Below are positions 1-9,437 of a stretch of 54,698 nt of DNA, piece after piece. Under the pieces are notes generated by a model. That model did no database searches. It saw nothing but the letters and a program-made list of their open reading frames with translations, and was not told the DNA's origin. The position numbers were made by a program, and so were the translations under genes. This DNA is from Alphaproteobacteria bacterium (GTDB taxonomy: Bacteria; Pseudomonadota; Alphaproteobacteria; UBA7887): assembly GCA_047517485.1 (NCBI GenBank), contig JAKZSU010000011.1, positions 1 to 54,698 on the forward strand, given 5' to 3'. Each line of letters begins with the position of its first letter. Within the stretch, counting starts at the first letter, position 1.

Positions 1-84
1 CTCCTGGATCGTCTCGTCGCCCCGCAGCGCTTCCAGCGCCACCCGCGCCTTGAAATCTGCCGTGAACCGGCGTCGTGTTACCAT
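1..84 (-). CDS. IS3-family transposase OrfA, N-terminal fragment
   Basis: Own translation: MVTRRRFTADFKARVALEALRGDETIQE, matching the 'RR.F..EFKA.VALEAL.G..T..E' HTH start of IS3 OrfA; not in the ORF track. Confidence 0.85.
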   Translation of the reverse strand, partial: MVTRRRFTADFKARVALEALRGDETIQE

Positions 85-152
85 CGTCGTACTCCTCCAT
101 TATCTGGCGGAATACACCTTAGCAACCTGTCCGATTTTCCAGGACCAGCTCA
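1..152 (-). mobile_element. IS3-family insertion sequence, left end (truncated by window edge)
   Basis: Minus strand begins 5'-TGAGCTGGTCCTGGAAAATCGGACAG (TG terminus typical of IS3-family IRL) at 152, followed by GGAGGAG RBS and an OrfA-like ORF running off the edge. Confidence 0.85.
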
Positions 153-277
153 CAACTCAGTTTGTTATCGACACGCATCGAGGCGAGGCGTTGCCGGATT
201 CCCGCTGTTCACTGTATTCTCATCCTCGATTTCATGCTCCACTACGATGGTATACCAAGATCGCGAGGACCAGGCCG

Positions 278-1216
278 ATGAATGAGATCACCACCGTCAC
301 CGACAAGATTTCCGATGACCGCTTTGCCGCCGGCTGCGGCTTCTCCGACGGCTCCTATAAGCCGATCGGCGAAGTGACGGTCTCGATTCTCGACTGGGGT
401 TTCAACAAATCCGACGTCACCTATGACGTGGTGCACGTGTGGGACGGCGGATTCTTCCGCTTGGCCGACCATCTCGACCGGTTCTGGAATTCGATGGACG
501 GACTGCGGATGTCGATCCCGCATGCCAAGGACGAGGTGGCGGAGATCTTGACCGAATGCGTACGCCGCACGGGCCTGCGCGAGTCCTATGTCGCGATGAT
601 CACCACCCGGGGGGTTCCGGCGCCCGGCATGCCGCGCAAACCCGGACTGCTCACCAACAAGTTCTTTGCTTACGCGCTGCCCTGGATCGATGTCATCGCC
701 AAGGACGTCCAGGAGCGCGGCGCCCATCTGGTGATCGCCAAGACCCAGCGCATCGCCACCGAGGCGGTCGATCCGACAATTAAGAATTATCATTGGGGCG
801 ATTTGATCCGCGCTCAGTTCGAGGCCGACGATCGGGGCGCCGATACCGCTGTCTTGCTCGATGCCGACGGCTTCGTCACCGAGGGTCCGGGGTTCAACGT
901 GTTCGCGATTCTAGACGGCACCGTGGTCAGCCCGGACAAGGGCGCGCTCGAAGGCATTACCCGCAAATCGGTGTTCGAATTATGCGAAGAACTCGGCGTT
1001 GCCGTCGAAATCCGCCCGATGACCGCGCAAGAACTGCTCGACGCCGACGAAATCTTCACCGCTACCACCGCCGGCGGGGTGATGCCGGCGTCGCGCATCG
1101 ACGGTCACATCAAGGGCAACGACCGCCCGGGACCGATTTCCGCCAAGCTAAAAGAGCGCTATTGGCAAAAGCACGACGAGGGCTGGCACAAGACGCCGAT
1201 CGATTACGGCGACTAG
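278..1216 (+). CDS. PLP fold-type IV aminotransferase, (R)-amine transaminase-like
   Basis: GFNKSDVTYDVVHVWDG, catalytic Lys in IKNYHWGDL, EGPGFN, LEGITR, TTAGG. Start set to ATG 278 (GAGG upstream); the track extension to 50 overlaps the IS. Confidence 0.88.
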   Translation: MNEITTVTDKISDDRFAAGCGFSDGSYKPIGEVTVSILDWGFNKSDVTYDVVHVWDGGFFRLADHLDRFWNSMDGLRMSIPHAKDEVAEILTECVRRTGLRESYVAMITTRGVPAPGMPRKPGLLTNKFFAYALPWIDVIAKDVQERGAHLVIAKTQRIATEAVDPTIKNYHWGDLIRAQFEADDRGADTAVLLDADGFVTEGPGFNVFAILDGTVVSPDKGALEGITRKSVFELCEELGVAVEIRPMTAQELLDADEIFTATTAGGVMPASRIDGHIKGNDRPGPISAKLKERYWQKHDEGWHKTPIDYGD

Positions 1217-2184
1217 GCCAGCGCCGCGCGCAAATTCGCCAACATCGTGTTGCGGTCGGCGCGCGCCGCCAAGGCTTGCTCCATGGTCACCGAGATGAAT
1301 TTGCATGGCATGTGCGGCTGCAACTGGCCGATCAGATCCATGTCGGCGGAGATCACCGTGCCGAGCATGAAATAGCCGCCGCCGGAGACCGCGTCGCGGT
1401 GGAGGACGATCGGCTCGGTGCCGCCCGGCACCTGGATCGAGCCGTAGGGATAGCAGCCGTCGACAATATTGCTCGGGTCCGACCCGGCGCCGAACGGCTG
1501 TTCGCGGTCGACGAAATCGAGCGACGCGCCACCGCGGAAGCGATAGCCGATGCGATCGGCCTCGGGCGCGACTTTCCAGGTATCGTTGAAAAATCCGGCG
1601 CCCGATTGCGCGGTGACCCGGTGCCAATAAATCCCGGTCAGCGCGCGCAGCTCGACCGGATTGCCGAGTTGCCGGCGCAAGGCCTCGGGTACGCTCTTGC
1701 CCGGCGTCGCGGGGCCGTCGGTGTTGAGTGCGACCTCGTCGCCGGCTTGGAGCGCGCGTCCGTCGAAGCCACCGAGCGCGCCGAGCGCGTAGGTCGAGCG
1801 GCTGCCGAGCACCACCGGCACATCGATGCCGCCGGAGACCGCGATATAGGCGCGCGCGCCGCCCTTGAGAAAATCGAAGCTGAGCACTTGCCCCGTCTTG
1901 ATCGGGAACGAAGCCCAATTGTCCTGATCGACCCCGTCGACGCGCGGCGTCATGGCGGCGCCGGTGACCGCGACCACCGCGTCGCTGGTGAATTCGAGCT
2001 CGGGGCCGAGGAACGTCGCCTCGAGCACCGCCGCGTCGACTGGATTGCCGACCAACGCATTGGCCGCGGTTAGGGCATAGAGATCCATGCCACCCGAAAT
2101 CGGGATACCGAGATGATAATAGCCCGGGCGACCCTGGTCCTGGACGCTGGTCGACAGGCCGGCTTCGAGAACCTTAATTGCCAT
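1213..2184 (-). CDS. pxpC: PxpC/KipA-like biotin-dependent carboxyltransferase family protein (AHS2 domain)
   Basis: TSVQDQGRPG...GIPISGGMD, GSRST, DRIGYR, GSIQVP, SGGGY motifs. Confidence 0.85.
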   Translation of the reverse strand: MAIKVLEAGLSTSVQDQGRPGYYHLGIPISGGMDLYALTAANALVGNPVDAAVLEATFLGPELEFTSDAVVAVTGAAMTPRVDGVDQDNWASFPIKTGQVLSFDFLKGGARAYIAVSGGIDVPVVLGSRSTYALGALGGFDGRALQAGDEVALNTDGPATPGKSVPEALRRQLGNPVELRALTGIYWHRVTAQSGAGFFNDTWKVAPEADRIGYRFRGGASLDFVDREQPFGAGSDPSNIVDGCYPYGSIQVPGGTEPIVLHRDAVSGGGYFMLGTVISADMDLIGQLQPHMPCKFISVTMEQALAARADRNTMLANLRAALA

Positions 2185-3049
2185 TGAGCGTCTCCAGCAG
2201 TGAGGTGTTGGTGGCGGCCGGGTCCTTGTTGAACTCGTCGAGCGAGAACTTCACCTCGCGAATGCGCGGCTGGAAGCGGTTGGCCTCGACCTCCTCGACC
2301 GCCGCGTCGTAGCCGTCGCGATCGACGGATTTGAACTTCACGAGATCGCCGGGCTTGAAGAAAATCATGAAATCCTTGAGATAATTGATCTCCTGCTTGG
2401 GATCGTAGATCGGCATCGGGGTGATGCCGAACATCTGATAGCCGCCGGCGCCACGCACCGAATAGATGCACCCGAAGCAGCCGCCATAGCCCACCGTGAG
2501 CTTTGGCGTGTCGGTGCGCGGCCGGAGATATTTCGGCACCTCGATCTGCCGCGCGCGTTCGACCGTCTGATAGAGAAACGGCAGCCCGGCGACGAAACCG
2601 ACCATCGAGACGAACCACGGCGAGCCCGAATGCGCCGCGATGAAACTATCGACCGTTGGGTAATTGTTGATCCGCGCGGAATATTCGAGATCGGTCGCGT
2701 TGGGGTCCTGATGGCGTTCGCGAAACCGCATCAAGGTCTCGTGCGTCCACGGGTCGTTGTAGAGCACCGGGATCTCGATGATCCGCGTGTCCAACGTGTG
2801 ATCCGCCGTCTCGGCCTCGGCCTCTAGCTTCTTGAGCTCGGCGAGCATGTCGTCGGGCTTGATCTTGTCGGGATCGAACTTGATCTGGAACGACGCGTTG
2901 GCGGGACAGATCTCGGTCACGCCGTCGATCTGGCTGTCGCGCACCGCGTTGGTCATCGACAGGCTCTTGAAGAAGGCCTCGAGCGACATGCCTTCATCGA
3001 CTTCGCAAAAAATATGCTCGTCGCCGCCGAATGAATAGCGAGTTTTCAT
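2174..3049 (-). CDS. pxpB: PxpB/KipI-like carboxyltransferase domain protein (AHS1 domain)
   Basis: Start at MKTRYSFGGD (GGGAGG RBS upstream); IEIPVLY, VSMVGFVAG, PKYLRPRTDTP, GAGGYQMFGITP, PGDLVKF. Confidence 0.85.
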   Translation of the reverse strand: MKTRYSFGGDEHIFCEVDEGMSLEAFFKSLSMTNAVRDSQIDGVTEICPANASFQIKFDPDKIKPDDMLAELKKLEAEAETADHTLDTRIIEIPVLYNDPWTHETLMRFRERHQDPNATDLEYSARINNYPTVDSFIAAHSGSPWFVSMVGFVAGLPFLYQTVERARQIEVPKYLRPRTDTPKLTVGYGGCFGCIYSVRGAGGYQMFGITPMPIYDPKQEINYLKDFMIFFKPGDLVKFKSVDRDGYDAAVEEVEANRFQPRIREVKFSLDEFNKDPAATNTSLLETLNGN

Positions 3050-3074
3050 GAGCAGTGGGCCTCCCTGGCTCCCA

Positions 3075-4439
3075 TCAGTCGGACGGGATCGGATTGGCCT
3101 CGAGCCATGGCTCGAGGAACTGAGTGTGAAAACGGCCGGCGCGAATATCCGCGTCGCCGGCGAGCTGCTGATGCAGCGGTATGGTGGTATGGATGCCCTC
3201 GACGGTGAGGTCGGCGAGCGCCGCCGCGACCCGGTCCATAGCTTGGTCGCGGCTCTCGGCATGAACAATCAGTTTGCCGAGCAAGGAATCGTAGAACGGC
3301 GGGATTTCATAGCCCTCGTAGAGCATGGTGTCGAACCGCACCCCCGGTCCCTCCGGCGCGCGATAGGCGGTCACCGCGCCGGGGTTGGGCAGGAAATCCA
3401 TCGCCGGGTTCTCGGCATTGATGCGGCATTCGATGGCGTGACCGGAAAGGCGGATATCGTCCTGGGCAATGCCCAAGGGCTCGCCGCCGGCGATGCGGAT
3501 CATCTCGGCAACCAGATCGAAACCGGTCACCATCTCGGTCACCGGATGCTCGACCTGAATCCGCGTGTTCATTTCGATGAAGTAATAGGCGCCGGTAGCA
3601 TCGTCATAGAGAAATTCGAGGGTGCCGGCGCCGCGATAGCCGACCGAGCGGGCTAGCCCGAGGGCGGATTCGCACAGCGCCTGGCGGGTGGCGTCGTCGA
3701 GCGCCATCGACGGCGCCTCTTCCCAAACCTTTTGACGGCGGCGCTGAAGCGAGCATTCGCGCTCGAAGAAATGCACCGCGTCCTTACCGTCGCCGAGGAC
3801 CTGGACCTCGATATGGCGCGCGTTGCGCACCAGTTTTTCGAGATAGAGCCCGCCATCGCCGAACGCCACCTCGGCCTCGGCGCGGGCCTGTGAGATCAGG
3901 GTCGCGAGGTCGTCGGCGTTCTCGGCGACTTTGATGCCGCGACCGCCGCCGCCGGCCGACGCCTTGATCATCACTGGGTAACCGATCTCCTCGGCGCAGG
4001 CGCGCGCGTCAGCGAGATCCTCGACGATTCCTTCGCTGCCCGGCACCGTGGGAACCCCGGCGGCGGCCGCCGCGGCGCGCGCCGCCGCCTTGTCGCCGAG
4101 CCGGGCGATGGTCTCGGGCGTGGGGCCGACGAAGATCAGCCCCGCCGCCTCGACCGCCGCGGCGAATTCCGCGTTCTCGGAGAGAAAGCCATAGCCCGGA
4201 TGCACCGCGTCGGCGCCGCTGGCGCGGGCCGCGTCGAGTATGGCGTCCGCCTTGAGATAGGATTTCGCGGCATGCGGCGGGCCGATCTCCACCGCCTCGT
4301 CCGCCATCCGTACCGCCAGCGAGTCGGCATCGGCCATGCTATGGACTTGCACGGTCGGAATACCGAGCTTTTGCGCCGCGCGGATGATGCGTACCGCGAT
4401 CTCGCCGCGATTGGCGATCAGCAGTTTGGCAATCGGCAT
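3075..4439 (-). CDS. Biotin carboxylase (AccC-like)
   Basis: LIANRGEIA, HPGYGFLSEN, GGGGRG, ERECSLQRR, EMNTRIQVEHPVTE, ECRINAE. Confidence 0.95.
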   Translation of the reverse strand: MPIAKLLIANRGEIAVRIIRAAQKLGIPTVQVHSMADADSLAVRMADEAVEIGPPHAAKSYLKADAILDAARASGADAVHPGYGFLSENAEFAAAVEAAGLIFVGPTPETIARLGDKAAARAAAAAAGVPTVPGSEGIVEDLADARACAEEIGYPVMIKASAGGGGRGIKVAENADDLATLISQARAEAEVAFGDGGLYLEKLVRNARHIEVQVLGDGKDAVHFFERECSLQRRRQKVWEEAPSMALDDATRQALCESALGLARSVGYRGAGTLEFLYDDATGAYYFIEMNTRIQVEHPVTEMVTGFDLVAEMIRIAGGEPLGIAQDDIRLSGHAIECRINAENPAMDFLPNPGAVTAYRAPEGPGVRFDTMLYEGYEIPPFYDSLLGKLIVHAESRDQAMDRVAAALADLTVEGIHTTIPLHQQLAGDADIRAGRFHTQFLEPWLEANPIPSD

Positions 4440-4446
4440 CGGTCGC

Positions 4447-4683
4447 TCAGGCCAAAGTAACCAACGGCTGCCCGGCCATCACCGCATCTTCGTTGTCGGC
4501 ATGAAATTCGGTGATCGTGCCCGCCTTGTCGGCCTTGACCTCGCGAAAGGTCTTCATCACCTCGACCAGGCCGATCACTTCGCCCACCGCGACCTGGTCG
4601 CCGACTTCCTTGAACACCGCTTCTTCCGGCGACGGCTGGCGATAAAAAGTGCCGGGCAACGGCGACATGATTTGACTGGACAC
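4447..4683 (-). CDS. Stand-alone biotin carboxyl carrier protein (78 aa)
   Basis: SPLPGTFY and EVMK biotinylation motif; GTG start. Confidence 0.9.
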   Translation of the reverse strand: MSSQIMSPLPGTFYRQPSPEEAVFKEVGDQVAVGEVIGLVEVMKTFREVKADKAGTITEFHADNEDAVMAGQPLVTLA

Positions 4684-4710
4684 AGGTCTATTCCTGACTT
4701 GAGTGAGAGA

Positions 4711-5448
4711 CTATTCGGCGGCCTCGGCCATGAAGGGCTTGATCGCTTCGCGCACCGCTTGCGCGACCGCGACCGCATTCGGGGTGTCCGAATGGACGCA
4801 GACACTGTCAGCGCCGACCGGCACATCGACATTACCGGTGGACGCGGTCACGCCGGCCTCGATCGCGCGCACCGAGCGCGCCGCGGCATCGGCCGGATCG
4901 ACCGCGTCGTGGACCTGGGTGATGATCAACCCGCCCGAATCGTCGTAGTACAGATCAGCGTAGAACTCGGCGACGAACCGATGGCCGCGCGCTTGGTAGA
5001 TCTCTTCGTGCAGGGTCCCCGCCATGCCGAACAGCGGCACCTGGTAGACGTCCGCCGCGTCGCAGACCGCGTGCGCGATATGCTCCTGGCGCGCCGCCAT
5101 GCCGTACAGCGAGCCATGCGGCTTGATGTGGTTGAGCGCCATCCCTTCGGCGTCGAGAAAGCCCTTCAACGCGCCGACCTGATAGATCAGCAGGTTGGCC
5201 ATCTCGTCGCGGCCCATTTTCATTTCGCGTCGGCCGAAGCCGGCGAGATCGGGCAACGACGGATGCGCGCCGACGGCCACGCCGTGACTTTTCGCGAGCT
5301 GGACGGTGCTCCGCATATGATTGGGATCGGAGGCGTGAAAGCCACAGGCGACGTTGGCGATGGTGATCAGCGGCATCAGGCCTTTATCGTCGCCGATGGT
5401 ATAGAGCCCGAAGCTCTCACCCATGTCGCAATTGATTTCGACGGCCAT
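4711..5448 (-). CDS. pxpA: LamB/YcsF family protein (5-oxoprolinase subunit PxpA-like)
   Basis: NCDMGESFG, NVACGFHA, GAHPS, HIKPHGSLY, CVHSDTP. Confidence 0.92.
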   Translation of the reverse strand: MAVEINCDMGESFGLYTIGDDKGLMPLITIANVACGFHASDPNHMRSTVQLAKSHGVAVGAHPSLPDLAGFGRREMKMGRDEMANLLIYQVGALKGFLDAEGMALNHIKPHGSLYGMAARQEHIAHAVCDAADVYQVPLFGMAGTLHEEIYQARGHRFVAEFYADLYYDDSGGLIITQVHDAVDPADAAARSVRAIEAGVTASTGNVDVPVGADSVCVHSDTPNAVAVAQAVREAIKPFMAEAAE

Positions 5449-5458
5449 GTCTCGTTCC

Positions 5459-7540
5459 CTATGTCTCGGTGCGGGTCAGCACGAAGCTGCCGCTTTCATG
5501 CAGCTCGGCGCGCCAGCCGGGCTCGATGACGATGGTAGTGGTGTCCTCCTCGATCACCGCGGGACCGACCACGGTGGCGCCGGCGCGGAAGCTGCCGCCG
5601 TCATAGACCGGCCCTTCTTTCGCCGTGCCGTCGGCCGAGAAGATCATCGGACGCTTCGCCTTCACGGTCTCCGCCCCGGCACCGCCGTTGGTAATCTTGG
5701 GCAACGGCGGCCGATCGACCCGGCCATAGAGCGTACTTTCCAGATTCACCACCTCGATCGGCGTGTTCTCCTCGCGATAGGTGTAGAGCTGTTCGTGACG
5801 GGCATGGAAGGCGTTGCGCAGGGTGTCCACCGAGTCCGCGTCGATAACGAAATTGTCGATCTCGACGGTGCATTCGTGGACCTGGCCGATATAGCGCATG
5901 TCGATGCTGCGCTTGATCGTGATCCGGTCGCGCTCGAAACCGTCGGCCTCGAGATGCTCGGTGCCGGTCACCTCGACCTCCTCGAAAATGCGGTTGATCT
6001 GGGCGTAGGCCTCGTCGCCCTCGAGCCGCAGCGGACAGGTCGCCATGTAATTATATTTGACGTCGGAAATGATCTGGCCGAAGGCGCAAAGGCCGGAGGC
6101 AAGCTTGGGCACCAGCACGGTCTTGATGCCCATTTCGGTGGCCAACGCGGTGATATGCGCCGGCGCCGCGCCGCCCGCCGCGACCAGGACGAAATCGCGC
6201 GGATCGTAGCCGCGCTCGACGGTCACCCGGCGGATCCCGTTCACCATATTGTTGTTGACGATGGTGAACATGCCGTACGCCGCGCGCTCGACCGAGATCC
6301 CCAGCGGATCGGCGATACGCGCCTTCAACGCCTCCGCCGACCGGTCGCGATCGAGCTTCATGCGGCCGCCGAGCAGGGCGTCGGGATTGAGATAGCCGAG
6401 CACCAGATTGGCGTCGCTCACAGTGGGATCCTCGCCACCCTTGCCGTAGCACGCCGGTCCCGGCTCGGCGCCGGCGCTTTGCGGGCCGACCTGCAACAGG
6501 CCGATATTGTCGATCCAGCCGATCGAGCCGCCACCGGCGCCCAGGGTCTCCACCTGGATCATCGGTACCCCGATGCGGTAACGCAGGAAATCGATATCCT
6601 TGTTGATGTTGGTGCTGCCGCCGGCGGTCAGCGTGATGTCGAACGAGGTGCCACCCATATCGACGGTGATCACATTGTCGAAGCCGAACGGCTCGGAGAC
6701 ATAGAGCCCGGCTTGCGGCGCCGACGCGGGGCCGGAATTGATCGCGTAGACCGCGCGGTCGGTCATCGCCTTGCCAATCGCCAGGCCACCGTTGGACTGG
6801 AAAAAGCGCACCGGATACTCCGCGCCGAGGTTGCGGAAATATGCGTCGATCCCCTCGACATAGCCTTTCAGGATCGGCCCGAGATAGGCGTTGGTGATCG
6901 CCGTCGAGGTCCGGGTGTATTCGCGGATCTGCGGATAAAGCTCGCTGCCGACGGTGAGGAATATGTCGGGCATCATTTCGCGCACGATTTCCGCCGCGCG
7001 GCGCTCATGGTCGAGGTGAAGCACCGACCAGAGGAAGGAGATCGCCACCGCCTCGACCCCCTCGGCGATAAACAGCTCGCAGGCGGCGCGGACATCGGCC
7101 TCGTTGAGCGGGGTCATCACTTTGCCGTTGGAGGCGATCCTCTCGGCCACGCCGCACCGTAAATAGCGCGGCACCAGCATGGTGGCCGGCGGATATTCGG
7201 TATCGTAACGGTAGCCGTCTTCCTTGTGACCGAGGCGGATTTCGATCGAATCCTCATGGCCGGCGGTGCAGATCAAGCCGGTCTTGGCGCCGCGGTGTTG
7301 GATCAGCGCGTTGAGCCCGACCGTCGTGCCGTTAATGCACAAGTCGCATTGCGAGATTATTTCCGCCGGGCTTTCGCCAACCTCCTCGGCGATCAAGGCG
7401 AGCCCGGTGGAAATCGCCTCGGTCGGGTCATGCGGTGTCGACGCGGTCTTGTTGAGCAGCACCGACCCGGTGGCGTCGGTCAAGACAAAGTCGGTAAACG
7501 TTCCTCCGGCGTCCACGCCGAGGCGATATTTGGTGCGCAT
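5459..7540 (-). CDS. capA: Hydantoinase/oxoprolinase subunit A, caprolactamase alpha-like
   Basis: DAGGTFTD, NGTT, SGPAS, DMGGTSFD, GAGGGS, GPQSAGAEPGPACY; directly downstream of a CapB-like gene. Confidence 0.8.
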   Translation of the reverse strand: MRTKYRLGVDAGGTFTDFVLTDATGSVLLNKTASTPHDPTEAISTGLALIAEEVGESPAEIISQCDLCINGTTVGLNALIQHRGAKTGLICTAGHEDSIEIRLGHKEDGYRYDTEYPPATMLVPRYLRCGVAERIASNGKVMTPLNEADVRAACELFIAEGVEAVAISFLWSVLHLDHERRAAEIVREMMPDIFLTVGSELYPQIREYTRTSTAITNAYLGPILKGYVEGIDAYFRNLGAEYPVRFFQSNGGLAIGKAMTDRAVYAINSGPASAPQAGLYVSEPFGFDNVITVDMGGTSFDITLTAGGSTNINKDIDFLRYRIGVPMIQVETLGAGGGSIGWIDNIGLLQVGPQSAGAEPGPACYGKGGEDPTVSDANLVLGYLNPDALLGGRMKLDRDRSAEALKARIADPLGISVERAAYGMFTIVNNNMVNGIRRVTVERGYDPRDFVLVAAGGAAPAHITALATEMGIKTVLVPKLASGLCAFGQIISDVKYNYMATCPLRLEGDEAYAQINRIFEEVEVTGTEHLEADGFERDRITIKRSIDMRYIGQVHECTVEIDNFVIDADSVDTLRNAFHARHEQLYTYREENTPIEVVNLESTLYGRVDRPPLPKITNGGAGAETVKAKRPMIFSADGTAKEGPVYDGGSFRAGATVVGPAVIEEDTTTIVIEPGWRAELHESGSFVLTRTET

Positions 7541-7572
7541 GGCGCCCTCACTTCTTCAGAAGTTGTCGTTGA

Positions 7573-9330
7573 CTATTCCGCCGCCATCGGGGTGCCGCGC
7601 AGTGAAGCGGTCGCCGCTTCGTCGACCTCGAGCGATTTGGCGTCGCTGATCACCACGCCATAGTCCTCGCTCGCGCCCTCGATCGAGACCAGGCGGTTTT
7701 TCACGTCCCACACCACCGCCGCGACATCGCGTTGATAGGCGTCGCCATAGCCGCCGCCGCCAGGAGTCATATTGGCGGCGCGTTCGCCGGGCTGAATGGT
7801 CCGGATGATGTTGGTCTTGATCGTCTCGACACCGTTTTCGCGACTGATTTCTATACGCCCGACCTTGGGTTCGATCATTTTCGATTTGGCCCCAGCGGCG
7901 CCGGTGGCCGGTATCCGGCGACCTTCGCCGAAGGTGATGAATTCCATCGGCTTGTCGAGCGGTTCGACCTCCCAACACGTCCCCGAACCACCGCGATATT
8001 TTCCCGCGCCGGCGGAATCGGTCATCAGGCTGTAGCGGTGAATGACGATCGGATAGGAATATTCGAGCAACTCGACATCGCCCGAGGTCAACGCGCCAAA
8101 GCAGCATTCCGGCCCGCAGGCGTGCCAGCCGTCCTGCACCGGGGTCGCGCCGGCGCCGGAGATGATCGAGGCGAGGATCATCGACACATATTCCTCGTCG
8201 TGCCGGGTGTCCCAGCCGGCGATATTACAGCCGTTGGCGTGGCCCCAGCCGGCCGAGACCTTGTCCGGCGCCGCTTCCTCGAAAGCCAGGCGCACGGCGT
8301 CGGTGAGCGTCTCCATCGGCGTCGTCGTCGAGTTCACGTGCGGCGCCGGCTCGACCGCGTTGCACAAGGTGCCCTTGGGGCCCATGTCGACGTCGAAACA
8401 ACGGTACAGCCCTTCGTTATAGGGCGGCGGCAATTGGGCGAACATCATCACCCCGAGATAGACCCCGGAATACGAGTTACCCTCATAGGAATTGATGAAG
8501 TAGGGAATTTGCGGCGGGCTGTCGATGCGGATCGCGCATTGGTCGTCCGCGATGGTCACCGTGGCGGTAATCTCGAGATCGCCGAAGCCGTGGCCGGCGT
8601 CCTCGACCAGCGCGCGGCCGGTATAGGTGCCATCGGGCACTTCCTTGATCAACGAGCGCATATGGGCGTCGGCCATGTTCATCAGCTCGGCGATGCACGC
8701 CTGGACCTGCTCGACGCCGTACTTGTCGAGCAGCGCGATGAGATTGCGCTCGCCGACCTGGACCGCGCCGAGTTGGGCGTTGAAATCGCCTTCCTGGTCG
8801 CGCCGCGCGCGCATGTTGGTGTGCAGCAGATTGCACACGTCATAGCGCTTGACCCCCTTGTCGAAGACCTTGATCGGCGGAATCCGCAGACCCTCGGCGT
8901 AGATCTCGGTGGCATCGGGATTGTAGCCCGCCGGCACCGGCCCGCCGATGTCGGTCAGATGTCCTTTGCAGACTGTCCAGAATACCAATTCATCGTTGTA
9001 GAACACCGGCTTATACATACAAACGTCGATGATATGTGAGCCCATATACGCCGGATCGTTGTGCAGCATGACGTCGCCCGGGTGGATATCGTCGGCGAAA
9101 TATCCGGCGACGCATTTCATCGCCGGGATCAGCGAGCCCAGGTGAATCGGGATGTCCTGGCCCTGCATGATCATCTCGGGCACATGATTGAACAGCGCGT
9201 TGGAATAATCATGCGCGAGGTTGAACACGCTCGAGCGCGCGGTCTTCTCCAGCGCCTGAGTCATCTCGCGTTGGGTGGTCTCCAGCACGCCGCGAACGAC
9301 GGACAGGGTGATCGGATCGACGTTGGACAT
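7573..9330 (-). CDS. capB: Hydantoinase B/oxoprolinase subunit, caprolactamase beta-like
   Basis: VDPITL, RSSVFNLAHDYSNALF, QGQDIPIHLGSLIPAMK, GSHIID, KGHLTDIGG, PGGGGYGD; closely resembles Pseudomonas jessenii CapB as recalled, not aligned. Confidence 0.8.
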   Translation of the reverse strand: MSNVDPITLSVVRGVLETTQREMTQALEKTARSSVFNLAHDYSNALFNHVPEMIMQGQDIPIHLGSLIPAMKCVAGYFADDIHPGDVMLHNDPAYMGSHIIDVCMYKPVFYNDELVFWTVCKGHLTDIGGPVPAGYNPDATEIYAEGLRIPPIKVFDKGVKRYDVCNLLHTNMRARRDQEGDFNAQLGAVQVGERNLIALLDKYGVEQVQACIAELMNMADAHMRSLIKEVPDGTYTGRALVEDAGHGFGDLEITATVTIADDQCAIRIDSPPQIPYFINSYEGNSYSGVYLGVMMFAQLPPPYNEGLYRCFDVDMGPKGTLCNAVEPAPHVNSTTTPMETLTDAVRLAFEEAAPDKVSAGWGHANGCNIAGWDTRHDEEYVSMILASIISGAGATPVQDGWHACGPECCFGALTSGDVELLEYSYPIVIHRYSLMTDSAGAGKYRGGSGTCWEVEPLDKPMEFITFGEGRRIPATGAAGAKSKMIEPKVGRIEISRENGVETIKTNIIRTIQPGERAANMTPGGGGYGDAYQRDVAAVVWDVKNRLVSIEGASEDYGVVISDAKSLEVDEAATASLRGTPMAAE

Positions 9331-9437
9331 CGTATGGACTCCCTACACTCTTGGCGGCGCGGCTTGGTTTACCGCCGCCGTGATCTCAGCTTCGCAGTTT
9401 ACGGACTTGTCGGTCATATTTCACCCGCTAAAAGGCA

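Noticed and set aside
50-277. N-terminal extension of the transaminase in the ORF track
   Set aside because: Overlaps the IS3 end; the family-like sequence and an RBS point to ATG 278.
3075-4683. Housekeeping accBC
   Set aside because: The BCCP is a bare 78-aa domain embedded among pxp genes; the context is not fatty-acid synthesis.
5423-7162. 579-aa + strand ORF
   Set aside because: Antisense shadow of the capA-like gene; no motifs, and expected in high-GC coding DNA.
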